Assembly (NCBI GenBank): GCA_041659505.1
Contig: JBAZYF010000001.1
Span: forward strand, 321,719-385,718
DNA length: 64,000 nt
Reading direction: 5' to 3'
DNA from: Parcubacteria group bacterium
GTDB lineage: Bacteria; Patescibacteriota; Minisyncoccia; Moranbacterales; UBA2206
Part shown: positions 8,230 to 17,934 of the stretch, piece after piece
Position numbering within the stretch: the stretch's first letter is position 1
Layout of the letters: every line of letters begins with the position of its first letter
Notes under the pieces: model-generated
Database searches by the model: none
What the model was told of the DNA's origin: nothing
The model's input: the letters and a program-made list of their open reading frames with translations, nothing else
Translations under genes and position numbers: made by a program

Positions 8230-10536
8230 TTAAGCTTCATAGACATCGTTTTTCCTTTTCTTTCGCCTCCAGAGACGCAGTGTGCCATAGCCGGAAACAG
8301 CGAGGAATACGAAAGCCAAGTTTCCGAATTTGATCAAATTGGGATCATCGCTATTGTCAAAAACCAATTTTCGCTCATCCAAATTTTTGATCTTTATATT
8401 CCCCAGCGAACTCTCTTGTCCGAGCCAAGAAAAAGTATCCAGCGCAAAAGACAGATTGGCTTGGCCATTTTGCAAAAACTGATCAGAAATGAAATTAGAA
8501 CTACCGACAACAATCACGTGCGACTGATTTTTATCTCCCGCTTTTGGTGCGAGGGCTAGAGCCAGTACCTTTTGCCCGAGTCCGCTCTGGCTGAATTTCT
8601 GGTTCGGTGTGATGTTAAATTGAGCCGATTGCGTCCCGCCATAAGCCGAGGAACTAAATAGATCAACCGCATCCCAACCCTTCCCATCAATCACGCCACT
8701 ATCCGCAGTCAAAGAACTGCTCCAAGGCAAAAGAATATTTTCCAGCTTAGTGGCAATCGGCAAAGAATTTTTATCCCTAATGGCTTGAATCCAAAATGGA
8801 TAGGGCAAAACAACCCGAGATTGTCCCGCTCCTCCAAAGCCAACCGCTTGATTGGATTTTAGATCATACACAAGATCTTTCCCCACTTCAACGCCCGTCT
8901 GTTCTTTAACAAAATCAGCCAGACTCTTTTCATTCACCGCCACACTCATATTCTCAGGAGAAATTGTCGTTCCATCAATCATAAAAAAGACGCTTCCGCC
9001 ATTGGCGATGAAATCTGCCACGGCTTTTTTTTCTTCATCGGAAAAATCCTGTGTCGGTCCGGCAATCACCAGCACCTTAAGACCTGTTGGGATAGAAAAA
9101 CTTTTGACCGGCGCGGGAGTACTCGTCGCGCTTTTGGTTTTATTCGCAGTTGTAGTGTCTTTGCTTGATGCGGCTGGTTCTGCTCCCGCCACCGCAACTG
9201 GTACAATTTCAAATTGCTTGGCTAATTCTTTTTGTAAAATTGTATAGTCACTAGCCAGCGCCTTCTCGCCATGCCCGGAAACAAATCCGACTTTCGGTTT
9301 ATTCTCCGCCGTCAATTCTTTGATAAAACTGGTCAGTTGGTATTCCAGATCATTGACATTCTGCACAAAAGGGATGCTCTCGTGCTTTCCGCCATAAGAA
9401 ACCGCCAGACCCAAGTAACCCTCATTGACTTGAAACTGCTCCTGAGAAACTACATTGAATTGCATCGGAGTTACGCCAAGAGACGCCGCTTCCTTGGCAA
9501 TTGCAGTGTCGCCCGACGGATTTTTATCGCTGACGTGAATATTGCCTTTGGAAAAAGCCTGATAGTCAGCCAAGATATCTTTCGTTTCTCGCAAGACTGG
9601 TTGCAACTGAGCCGGCAATTTATCGGAAGCATACAGCGTGACATTGACCACGTCCGGCAAATTCCCAGCGATGCCCCGCGTCGTGTCAGACAGTGTATAA
9701 ATTTTTTCCTCAGTCAGATCAAGCCGCCCAGGAATATTTACTCCGATAATATTCGAGAGGACAAAAATTCCCGCAAGCAAACTCACTGCTAATTTGATAT
9801 TGCGAAATGCGGACTTTCGGTTGCCATATTTATTTTTCACAAGTCCGAGATAGGCCAGACCAAGAAAAACCGCTGAGAGCGAAACGAAATACCACAGATC
9901 GCGCAAATCAATCACCCCGCGTGCCATTGAATTGAAATGGGTGGAAAGCGAAAGTTGTTCAAAAAAAGGCGCAAGCTCAAATGGCAATCTGGCGGTCATC
10001 AATTCCGTGCCGGAAATGATCAGAAAAAAACTGGCAATGATCGTTATGAGAAAAGCGGAAATCTGACTGGAAAAAAGACCGGAAATGACAATTCCAAGAC
10101 TCGCGAGAACCGACACAGCAAAAATACTGGCTAAATATTGACTGAAGATTTGTCCCCAATCGAGATTACCAAATTTGCCCAAACTCCAGGCGAGCGGAAA
10201 AATGAAAAGAAGGGTCAGGGCAAAAAAAATCACGATGCTCAAAAATTTTCCGATAATTAGCTGTGCTTGTTGCAAAGGATGAGTGAGCAAAAATTCCAAA
10301 GTGCCTTCACTTTTTTCCTCTGCGAGCGTTCCCATCGTAAGCGCCGGCACGATGATAAGCAATATCCAAGGCAAGATATCAAACAGCCCGCGCAGAGAAG
10401 CTTCGCCGACCAAAAAAACATTACGAAAAAAGAGAAATTCCCAGAGGAATAAAAAGGCCAGAATAATGATGTAGGCGGTCGGATTGTTAAAATAGTTCCG
10501 CAGTTCTTTTTTGATAATCGTTAGAATGTTTTTCAT
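8230..10536 (-). CDS. GldF-like ABC-2 permease fused to GldG-like auxiliary domain
   Basis: KKELRNYFNNPTAYI, AEEKSEGTLEFLLT (ABC-2); RLDLTEEKIYTLS, GFVSGHGE, VIAGP (GldG/ABC_transp_aux). Confidence 0.85.
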   Translation of the reverse strand: MKNILTIIKKELRNYFNNPTAYIIILAFLFLWEFLFFRNVFLVGEASLRGLFDILPWILLIIVPALTMGTLAEEKSEGTLEFLLTHPLQQAQLIIGKFLSIVIFFALTLLFIFPLAWSLGKFGNLDWGQIFSQYLASIFAVSVLASLGIVISGLFSSQISAFLITIIASFFLIISGTELMTARLPFELAPFFEQLSLSTHFNSMARGVIDLRDLWYFVSLSAVFLGLAYLGLVKNKYGNRKSAFRNIKLAVSLLAGIFVLSNIIGVNIPGRLDLTEEKIYTLSDTTRGIAGNLPDVVNVTLYASDKLPAQLQPVLRETKDILADYQAFSKGNIHVSDKNPSGDTAIAKEAASLGVTPMQFNVVSQEQFQVNEGYLGLAVSYGGKHESIPFVQNVNDLEYQLTSFIKELTAENKPKVGFVSGHGEKALASDYTILQKELAKQFEIVPVAVAGAEPAASSKDTTTANKTKSATSTPAPVKSFSIPTGLKVLVIAGPTQDFSDEEKKAVADFIANGGSVFFMIDGTTISPENMSVAVNEKSLADFVKEQTGVEVGKDLVYDLKSNQAVGFGGAGQSRVVLPYPFWIQAIRDKNSLPIATKLENILLPWSSSLTADSGVIDGKGWDAVDLFSSSAYGGTQSAQFNITPNQKFSQSGLGQKVLALALAPKAGDKNQSHVIVVGSSNFISDQFLQNGQANLSFALDTFSWLGQESSLGNIKIKNLDERKLVFDNSDDPNLIKFGNLAFVFLAVSGYGTLRLWRRKKRKNDVYEA

Positions 10537-10585
10537 ACTGTTAAATAATAGTTAATAACATTTAAGCTTTGCTCTTGGTTGCTAG

Positions 10586-10726
10586 TAGGGCTTACACAAT
10601 CGCCAAAAAGTTGTTCGCACGTTCAACTTTTTTAGCATCCCAGGGCTTTTGGTAAACCAGCAAGGGAAAGCCAAAATGAGGAAACCGTGCTTTTGAGAAT
10701 GACTTTTTGGCGATTGTGTAAGTCAG
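10586..10726. mobile_element. MITE-like element, family B copy 2
   Basis: 21-bp inverted repeat cttacacaatcgccaaaaagt; core ttttttagcatcc..ggcttttggtaaaccag..agggaaa..aaccgtgctt shared with 7334-7474. Confidence 0.7.
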
Positions 10727-10745
10727 TTTGCCTAACAAAATAAAA

Positions 10746-11669
10746 CTAGGATTTAGTCAACACTTGGAAAATTTCTTCCAGTTTCTGTTCTTCTTCATGC
10801 AAATTCCAAACGATCCAATGATTTTCCCAGGTCAGCTTGGCAATATCTTTTTGCGCCGTATGCCCTTCTTCCAAAATCAACTTGCCTTCGATACGCTCAT
10901 TTTCTTTTTTAGTAACTTCCAGTTTTTTCAAATGCGCCAAAACACTGAGCCGCGCTTCAATTTCCCGGCCTTCCAGTTCGAAATTCAACACTTTTTCTTT
11001 TTGAGACAAGCGGGAAAGATCATCAGCTGTTCCATCGGCGACCAATTTTCCTTGGCTGATGATCAGGAGCCGACTGCAAACAGCCGAAGCCTCTTGCATC
11101 ACGTGAGTGCTAAGAATGATGGTGTGCTCTTTAGCTAAATCTTTGATCAACTGACGAATTTCTGCGCGCTGATTCGGATCCAAGCCTTCCGTCGGCTCGT
11201 CCATGATGATAATCTGCGGTTTGTGGATCAGTGCCGCCGCAATCCCCACCCGTTGCTTATAACCCTTAGAGAGCTCCCCAATCGGACGATGGAATACTTT
11301 TTCAATCCCGACCGCCTTCACAACAAACTCAAACGCTTCCGCTTTTTTCTCCGCCGCAATCTGATGCAGACTAGCGGCTAGATCCAGAAATTCCGCCACT
11401 TGCATATTTTTGTAGAGCGGATTGTTTTCCGGCAAGTACCCGATCTTTTTTTGCGCCGCGATTGAGTCTTTTTCGATATCCACTCCGTCAATCAAAATCT
11501 TACCTTTGTCCGAAGAGAGAAAACCGGTCAGCATCCGCATCGTCGTCGTCTTGCCGGCGCCGTTGGGTCCGAGAAATCCCAACACTTCGCCAGAATGAAT
11601 CTCGAAGGACAAATTATCTACCGCTTTCACACTACCAAATTTCTTGGTCAGATTCTCGACTTTGATCAT
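10746..11669 (-). CDS. ABC transporter ATP-binding protein (GldA-like)
   Basis: GPNGAGKTT, LSKGYKQRV, IIMDEPT, H-loop STH. Confidence 0.92.
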   Translation of the reverse strand: MIKVENLTKKFGSVKAVDNLSFEIHSGEVLGFLGPNGAGKTTTMRMLTGFLSSDKGKILIDGVDIEKDSIAAQKKIGYLPENNPLYKNMQVAEFLDLAASLHQIAAEKKAEAFEFVVKAVGIEKVFHRPIGELSKGYKQRVGIAAALIHKPQIIIMDEPTEGLDPNQRAEIRQLIKDLAKEHTIILSTHVMQEASAVCSRLLIISQGKLVADGTADDLSRLSQKEKVLNFELEGREIEARLSVLAHLKKLEVTKKENERIEGKLILEEGHTAQKDIAKLTWENHWIVWNLHEEEQKLEEIFQVLTKS

Positions 11670-11784
11670 AGGTTTGTTTTTGACTGATTATTGATTTAAA
11701 AAAGTTGGCGTTCGGAAGACCAGACCACCAACTCTTATTTTATAAAACTGAGTTTTCTTGTCAAGTAAGGCCAGTTTGACAAAT

Positions 11785-12285
11785 TCAAAAACGCTTCTGT
11801 CGGATATGGCAATAGGGTTCGTGTCCATTTTTGGCATAATATTTTTGGTGATAGCTTTCTGCCTCCCAAAAAGTTCCAGCCTTTTCCAGTTTCGTCACCA
11901 CGACATACCCTTTTACCTTGAGCAAACCGATCAGTTTTTCTGCAATGGATTTTTGCTCAGCATCCACGTAAAAAACAGCTGAACGATATTGCTCGCCGAT
12001 GTCCGGTCCCTGGCGATTAAGTTCAGTCGGGTCATGAATTTCGAAAAATAGCCGTGTCAACTGTTCATAGCTTGTCAGCGAGCTATCAAAAGTAACCTCT
12101 AGAGTTTCTGCATGACCGGTTTTTTTGGCTGAAACTTCCTCATAGGTCGGATTCTCCTTGAATCCGCCCATATAACCGACTTTAGTCAAAATGACTCCGG
12201 GCAGATTTTGGAAATAGTACTCCACACCCCAAAAGCAACCGCCGGCGAAATAGGCTTTTTGAATTTTGTTGTTATTATTTTTCAT
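11785..12285 (-). CDS. msrA: Peptide-methionine (S)-S-oxide reductase
   Basis: [33 protein letters not shown]. Start placed at MKNNNNK. Confidence 0.93.
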   Translation of the reverse strand: MKNNNNKIQKAYFAGGCFWGVEYYFQNLPGVILTKVGYMGGFKENPTYEEVSAKKTGHAETLEVTFDSSLTSYEQLTRLFFEIHDPTELNRQGPDIGEQYRSAVFYVDAEQKSIAEKLIGLLKVKGYVVVTKLEKAGTFWEAESYHQKYYAKNGHEPYCHIRQKRF

Positions 12286-12649
12286 CTGGTTTAAATTTAA
12301 GCGAAATTGAATTGACACAATGGCGTGTATCTTTCTCGGTCAATTTTTCTCCAAAGAAGATATGCCCGAGATGCGCCCCACAATTCGCACAAACAATTTC
12401 TGTCCGCATTCCGTCCTTGTCCGGAATTCTCTTCACAGACTTTGGCAACTCCGCGTCAAAACTGGGCCAACCGCAACCGGAATCAAATTTGTCATCCGAA
12501 CGATAAAGCGGAGCACCACACCGCCGACAAACAAATGTACCCCGAGCTTTGAAATTATTATACTCACCGGAAAACGGCGCTTCCGTGCCTTTGTGGACAA
12601 TGATGCGCTCTTCTTCGGAAGAAAGTTGGTTGAATTTTTTAGCTTTCAT
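12275..12649 (-). CDS. msrB: Peptide-methionine (R)-S-oxide reductase
   Basis: GTEAPFSG, Cxx[24 protein letters not shown]. Confidence 0.93.
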   Translation of the reverse strand: MKAKKFNQLSSEEERIIVHKGTEAPFSGEYNNFKARGTFVCRRCGAPLYRSDDKFDSGCGWPSFDAELPKSVKRIPDKDGMRTEIVCANCGAHLGHIFFGEKLTEKDTRHCVNSISLKFKPDEK

Positions 12650-12800
12650 ATTATTGAATTATACATTATGTATACGATAAAAGCTCCAAAATCGATGCTG
12701 AATTGTTTTTATTTGAAGGTAGATATAAAAAAAGACCAATCACATATTGGTGGTCTTTTTTTACAGAGGCGCTCTTGAAAGCTTTGAAGTGGCAAATTCT

Positions 12801-12869
12801 GCCTTCATATGGCTTTGGCGGACTGCGTCAGCCGTGGGCTTCAGCATGGCGAAAGCGGAGAGTATGGGA
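12801..12869 (-). other. REP-like repeat plus displaced tRNA-Ser-like 3' end (possible att scar)
   Basis: Aligns with 5211-5285 (repeat adjacent to the tRNA-Ser 3' end); minus strand reads tcccatactctccgc. Confidence 0.35.
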
Positions 12870-12941
12870 CGAAATTAGAACATACGTTTCAGTATGCAAT
12901 TAAGGTAAAACAAGAATTTAGCCTCCATTTCTCCTCCTTTC

Positions 12942-13511
12942 TTATTTTTTTCTCTTATATTCCTGTGCCGCCAGCTCTCTGGCTGATTTTCTATCTTTGG
13001 GCAGTTCAATTCCATGTGCCTTAATCATATCTTCCAACAACATCTTTCTCGTTTCATATTCCGTAATTGCATATTTTTTTCTATATCTTATATCTTTAAA
13101 TTTACAGTGAAAAATTTTATTTCTTATAGCATTAATTTCTCTATAAAAACTAGCGCCCTTGATTAATTTTTTATTTTCGGAAAAATATTTTTTCAGTAAT
13201 TTTTCATAGATATTAATTTTTTGTGTAAATGTCAGCTCTTCAAAAGCATACTCCATCATTCCATTGACTTGCGGCGTAACAACGATTGCTCCTCTTTTTA
13301 TGAAATCTGCACATACTTTCTCGATATTTTTTTCACAAAAAAATATTAACATTGAAACAAAATTGATCGCCTTATAATCAGCCTCGTCTATTCCAATACT
13401 TTTGCTAAAAAATTCAATAATCTCAGCTTCGAATTTATCATTAAGTTGAGCTTCTATTGCAAGGCTATCACGAGCTTTTTCCGATAATTTTTCCAGGCTA
13501 CTTTTTGCCAT
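12942..13511 (-). CDS. Hypothetical helical protein with HEPN-like RxxxxH motif
   Basis: LTFTQKI...YREINAIRNKIFH pattern; AT-rich. Confidence 0.5.
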   Translation of the reverse strand: MAKSSLEKLSEKARDSLAIEAQLNDKFEAEIIEFFSKSIGIDEADYKAINFVSMLIFFCEKNIEKVCADFIKRGAIVVTPQVNGMMEYAFEELTFTQKINIYEKLLKKYFSENKKLIKGASFYREINAIRNKIFHCKFKDIRYRKKYAITEYETRKMLLEDMIKAHGIELPKDRKSARELAAQEYKRKK

Positions 13512-13583
13512 TTGATTTGTGAACAGACATCATCCCCCTAGCTTTACTCCTTACAATTTTTTTTGAACGAAGTTAGAATTTAT

Positions 13584-14561
13584 TTAATCAACAACCCTAA
13601 TTCTATTGAAGTTTTTCCCCTTAAGCCCATCTATCTTAATTTCTTCCCATTCGTAGCGAGTCGACGCAAGTTGTGACGGTGATAAGATAATTTCTTTATA
13701 CGAATCATCACTTCTTTTCAGTGCGCCCACTCCAACCCAAAATTTTGCTATAGACGATTTTGTTGTTCCTACTGAGATAGTCGTTCCTGACGGCAATGGT
13801 TGTGTGAAAGCCAGAATCTTATCTGATCGAAAATGGTAATTCGCCATGCGTTTCGTGGCCATGTAGGCGCCATGGAGTTGCCATACTTTTTCACGCCAGC
13901 TAGGATCTTTTTCTTGCTCGGGAGTTATCTTGACGTTTAATTCCACCATAGCTCTTTGTGAATCAGTGAGAGCGGGTAGTTTTCCGGCAAATTTCTGCTT
14001 AAGCTCTGAAAGGTTTCGTTCCAATATTTCATTGAACTCTTCAGAAGAGGAAAATTGGGAGCTGACCGGCGTAATTGTCATCTTAAGATTCGAAGGCTGG
14101 TAAGCCTTAAGGAAATTTATAACTTCCTGAAATGATTCTACATACCTTTCGACATCACTTATCGGGATATTATCAAGTTTTGGGACAATAGAATCATCAA
14201 CAAAAAAGTCAAACCAAACACCAGGCTCGTAAATATCACATATGCCTTTTGCCCAGTTTGTATAATACATGAGAGAAAATAGTTCCGCCCAATCGGCATA
14301 GGGTGATTCTTCTAACCGCCAAAGCTTATAGGCGCCGTGAAGAAAAGTAATATTGATTGGTTTATTCTCAGCTATCAGGAGAGAAATAGCCTTATTGCAA
14401 TGGTCTATTAATTCTTCGTTCGCCGCGTATTTTCTAAATTTTTTAGACAAAAGCAGCCGTAAAATCTCAGCCTCAATAGAGTGAGCATCTTTTATCTTGG
14501 CTATGCTATTTGCTTCTCTTAGTTTGTTTAATTGTGCTTCAAAAAATTCTTGTGGTGTCAT
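13584..14561 (-). CDS. Uncharacterised enzyme, distant PvcA/Dit1 (isocyanide synthase)-like
   Basis: KPINITF..GAYK...ADWAELFSL...ICDIYEPGVWFDFFVDD. True start is MTPQ; the ORF-track N-terminus overlaps tRNA-Cys. Confidence 0.5.
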   Translation of the reverse strand: MTPQEFFEAQLNKLREANSIAKIKDAHSIEAEILRLLLSKKFRKYAANEELIDHCNKAISLLIAENKPINITFLHGAYKLWRLEESPYADWAELFSLMYYTNWAKGICDIYEPGVWFDFFVDDSIVPKLDNIPISDVERYVESFQEVINFLKAYQPSNLKMTITPVSSQFSSSEEFNEILERNLSELKQKFAGKLPALTDSQRAMVELNVKITPEQEKDPSWREKVWQLHGAYMATKRMANYHFRSDKILAFTQPLPSGTTISVGTTKSSIAKFWVGVGALKRSDDSYKEIILSPSQLASTRYEWEEIKIDGLKGKNFNRIRVVD

Positions 14562-14562
14562 G

Positions 14563-14636
14563 AGATGTGGGCAGGATTTGAACCTGCGTATTTTGCTCTG
14601 CAAGCAAATGCCTAAGCCAAGCTCGGCCACCACACC
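14563..14636 (-). tRNA. tRNA-Cys (GCA)
   Basis: ggtgtggtggccgagcttggcttaggcatttgcttGCAgagcaaaatacgcaggttcaaatcctgcccacatct; U73 discriminator. Confidence 0.88.
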
Positions 14637-14686
14637 GGAAACAATTTAAATAGTCAAATAGTGCCATGTTGAAAAAACAAGAAAAC

Positions 14687-14774
14687 TGGCGGAAGAGGGG
14701 GGATTCGAACCCCCGGTACCTTGCGGCACACACGCTTTCCAAGCGTGCCGTTTAAACCACTCACGCACCCTTCC
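14687..14774 (-). tRNA. tRNA-Ser (GGA)
   Basis: ggaagggtgcgtgagtggtttaaacggcacgcttGGAaagcgtg...ttcgaatcccccctcttccgCCA. Confidence 0.95.
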
Positions 14775-14915
14775 AAGAAAATCCTACTTAAACAAGACTC
14801 CAAATAACCACCCCACCCTATTTATTTGCCCATAATTGTATTTATAATAATTTAAGTGAATAATGCCACTTCTTCCCGATTCTAAGCGCTTTTTACTAAT
14901 TGCCTCTAAAAGCCT

Positions 14916-16328
14916 CTAGAAAGCCAATTCATAATATGTGTTTACTGAAGCACCCTTTGTAATAAAAATCTCGCAATCTCGCAATTTCTTTAAATCACTA
15001 TTTATCGTAGCTCGCGGTGTTCCCCTGAGTATTTTTTGACAATCCTGAATAGTAAGCCGACTCTTCAATAACAATACGTCAATTAATTTCACCTGTCTAT
15101 CATTAAGATTGCGATATTTTTCTCCTAAAAGTATTGCTTCAAAACTATTAACTGAGTTTCTAAATAAGGGTGATGGCAAATTCCATTCTTGCATTTTTTT
15201 AATCACAATATTAATGCCTCTTCCATATTCTTCCAAATATTTGAGATCCTTAAGTCTCGCAGCGATCATTGAGTTGCGACTAAACTGCGCTTCTTTGATG
15301 TTTTCCACAGTGACACCAGGAGGAAGAGAGCCGGGATTTGCAATTTCAATTCTATCTTTAAATATTCTAATTTGGTTACAAGTTTCAATAATTTTGTAGT
15401 CACGATGGATAATAGCATTTGCGATTAATTCACGAATTCCCTCTTCTGGATATTCGTATTTCTCTACTCGCTTTGTTCCAATTATAACCGCTTTTTTGGA
15501 AATATTCTTAAGAACAAACTTATATGAATCATCAATTAGCATGTCAAGTGTTCCTTTTATATCAGCAGAATCAATGATTTCCGATGACGGATCGCTTCCC
15601 GCATATCGCACACAACGAATAACATATCTATCATAAGGACTCTTGTTCTGTGGGATACTATTAGCAAAAATCAAATAGCCACCAATCGTTGGGCTATATG
15701 CGCCGTCAAAGCGAGTAATGATACCAAGATTTTCAAGAGTGATATCGCTAACTTCGTGACTAGCGCCTCGTTGAGTTTCCAGCTCACTCTGCGCAAGAAG
15801 ATCTACCACCTTGTCAACAGAAAGCTCTTCTTTATTAACACCCCTAGCTTCAGAACGATCAAACTGAAACTCTTTTGAAGTTGCGACATATGTTCGAAAT
15901 TCGTTATCAGTAATTCTACGACTAGTATTTCCCTCTCTAATATAGGCTCCGTTTGGTAGCCCAACTGGCTTAAAATAACATGGCATATAGTCTTTTGGAC
16001 ATTCAGGAATGTAAACTGCCAAAATTATTTTATCCTTGATTTTAATCACATGATATTCTGGTCGCAAGACAAAACTCATTTTATCATTAAAATATTCCGT
16101 AAGTTTTGTTTGCATAAGATCTAAATTCATGCAACCAGTAATTTCATTTTTTTCTTGACTGACACCAAAAACAACTAATCCTCCGCCGCGACGATTAGAA
16201 AAAGCCGAGATTGTTCTCCAAATATCATTCGGGATATTTTTACTAGCTGTTTTAAATTCTAGATCGGAAAGTTCCGATGCTATCTCTAGCCCATATTTTA
16301 CTTTCTTGATAATATCCTTCTCTGTCAT
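14916..16328 (-). CDS. Schlafen/AlbA_2 + HATPase_c_4 (RecG C-terminal-like) + wHTH protein
   Basis: LEFK...ISAFSN..GG.VVFGV; RELIANAIIHRDY; NPGSLP; RN..IA..L...EEYGRGI. Confidence 0.85.
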   Translation of the reverse strand: MTEKDIIKKVKYGLEIASELSDLEFKTASKNIPNDIWRTISAFSNRRGGGLVVFGVSQEKNEITGCMNLDLMQTKLTEYFNDKMSFVLRPEYHVIKIKDKIILAVYIPECPKDYMPCYFKPVGLPNGAYIREGNTSRRITDNEFRTYVATSKEFQFDRSEARGVNKEELSVDKVVDLLAQSELETQRGASHEVSDITLENLGIITRFDGAYSPTIGGYLIFANSIPQNKSPYDRYVIRCVRYAGSDPSSEIIDSADIKGTLDMLIDDSYKFVLKNISKKAVIIGTKRVEKYEYPEEGIRELIANAIIHRDYKIIETCNQIRIFKDRIEIANPGSLPPGVTVENIKEAQFSRNSMIAARLKDLKYLEEYGRGINIVIKKMQEWNLPSPLFRNSVNSFEAILLGEKYRNLNDRQVKLIDVLLLKSRLTIQDCQKILRGTPRATINSDLKKLRDCEIFITKGASVNTYYELAF

Positions 16329-16375
16329 ACTTAGCTTTCTTTAAAGCAAGAGATTTTTTTAATTATTCTCCCTTA

Positions 16376-17839
16376 TTAATTTATCTCTCTTATCCCCACC
16401 AACCGCATCTTCTCTCCTCCAGGAATCCTGCCGAGAACTACCACCACCTTATCCCCCGCCTCGATCTTTTTCTCGCTTTTCAACCTTTCAATCATCGTTT
16501 CGATAAGTTGCTCCTTGTCCACATTCTCCAGAAGGTAGCTTTCTACCCCCCAGACCATTGAAAGTTGATTATAGACCTTTTCGCTCATTGTGGCAACATA
16601 ATTGTTTTGCATCGGACGGAAATGAGAAATAAGCCTTCCCGTCAGCCCTGAAACCGTAATGGCGACAATAGCCTTAGCCTTTGAGTCTCTGGCTAGGTTA
16701 TAGGCGCTTTCGATAATGGCGACATAGTCCTGATCTTTGTCATCACTCGGCGTGGCGCACTGCAAATCATCAAAACGGGAATCTTCCGTGTCTGTTATGA
16801 TTTGGCTCATCGTCGCTACTGCTTTTTGGGGAAATTTTCCGTTGGCCGATTCACCCGAGAGCATCACGGCATCAGTGTGGTCAATGACGGCATTGGACAC
16901 ATCAGAAACTTCCGCCCGCGTCGGGATCGGATTTTGGATCATTGATTCGAGCATCTGCGTCGCCACAATCACCGGTCGCACCGCCTTGATGCATTTAGCG
17001 ATAATTTCTTTTTGATAGATGACCACTTTTGTCTCATCCATTTCAATCCCCAAATCTCCGCGCGCCACCATAATCACGTCAGTCGCGGAAATTATTTCAT
17101 CAATATTTTTGATCGCTTCTTTTCTTTCAATCTTAGCTACAATTTGTGGAAGATTGTCCTCACGTCCCAGAAGTTTACGCATTTTTTCCCGCGTCTCTTC
17201 GATTTCTTTTCCATTAGACACAAAAGACAAAGCAATAAAATCCACTTCTCGGCTCATTGCGTAAGCCAGATCCTCTTCATCCTTTTTGGTCACTGCGCCA
17301 ATTTTGAGCTTTGAATCAGGCACATTCACCCCCTTGTGATTTTTAATCACTCCGCCATTAATCACTTCTGCTACGAGTGATTTTCCATCTTTTTCAACTA
17401 CCACTAAGCGCTTTAGTCCATCCTCGATTAAAATATTTTCTCCAATATTTATATCATTAACAATCTCCGGCCAATCGAGCATTATTTTTTTATTGGAAAT
17501 TTGGTCATTTGATATTGATTTGAAATTGGAAATTTGAAATTTGAAATTATCCCCTACCGACACATCTGAAATCCAAATGCACTCTCCATTGTTAATTTCC
17601 ACATCCTCACTCACGACCGTTCGTATTCGTGGCCCTTGTAGATCAACCATAATTCCCACCGGCACACCCAACTCTTGAGAAAGTTCCCGCACCATCGTGA
17701 TCACCTTACCATTGGAGTCATAGGTTCCATGAGAAAAATTGATCCGGCAAACATTCAGGCCGGCCAAAATTAATTCTTTCAATACTTCTTTCGAATCAGA
17801 GGCTGGTCCGATTGTCGCTACTATCTTAGTTTTTTTCAT
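16376..17839 (-). CDS. pyk: Pyruvate kinase (contains an in-frame repeat insertion)
   Basis: TKIVATIGPAS, RINFSHG, DLQGPRIR, MVARGDLG, ATQMLESM, VMLSGESA. Confidence 0.97.
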   Translation of the reverse strand: MKKTKIVATIGPASDSKEVLKELILAGLNVCRINFSHGTYDSNGKVITMVRELSQELGVPVGIMVDLQGPRIRTVVSEDVEINNGECIWISDVSVGDNFKFQISNFKSISNDQISNKKIMLDWPEIVNDINIGENILIEDGLKRLVVVEKDGKSLVAEVINGGVIKNHKGVNVPDSKLKIGAVTKKDEEDLAYAMSREVDFIALSFVSNGKEIEETREKMRKLLGREDNLPQIVAKIERKEAIKNIDEIISATDVIMVARGDLGIEMDETKVVIYQKEIIAKCIKAVRPVIVATQMLESMIQNPIPTRAEVSDVSNAVIDHTDAVMLSGESANGKFPQKAVATMSQIITDTEDSRFDDLQCATPSDDKDQDYVAIIESAYNLARDSKAKAIVAITVSGLTGRLISHFRPMQNNYVATMSEKVYNQLSMVWGVESYLLENVDKEQLIETMIERLKSEKKIEAGDKVVVVLGRIPGGEKMRLVGIREIN

Positions 17840-17934
17840 AATATTTTAGTTTATTGTTTATCTACTCTATATTGGCACAACAAACAAAAACAGACAACCC
17901 CGAGAGGTTTGTCTGTTTTTTGAAACTTAGAAGT

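Noticed and set aside
8230-11669. Gliding motility system
   Set aside because: GldA/F/G-like ABC transporters are widespread outside gliding bacteria and no other gld/spr genes are present.
14562-14742. ORF-track N-terminal extension of the 349-aa ORF and the 67-aa ORF 14539-14742
   Set aside because: Both are read through the tRNA-Cys and tRNA-Ser genes.
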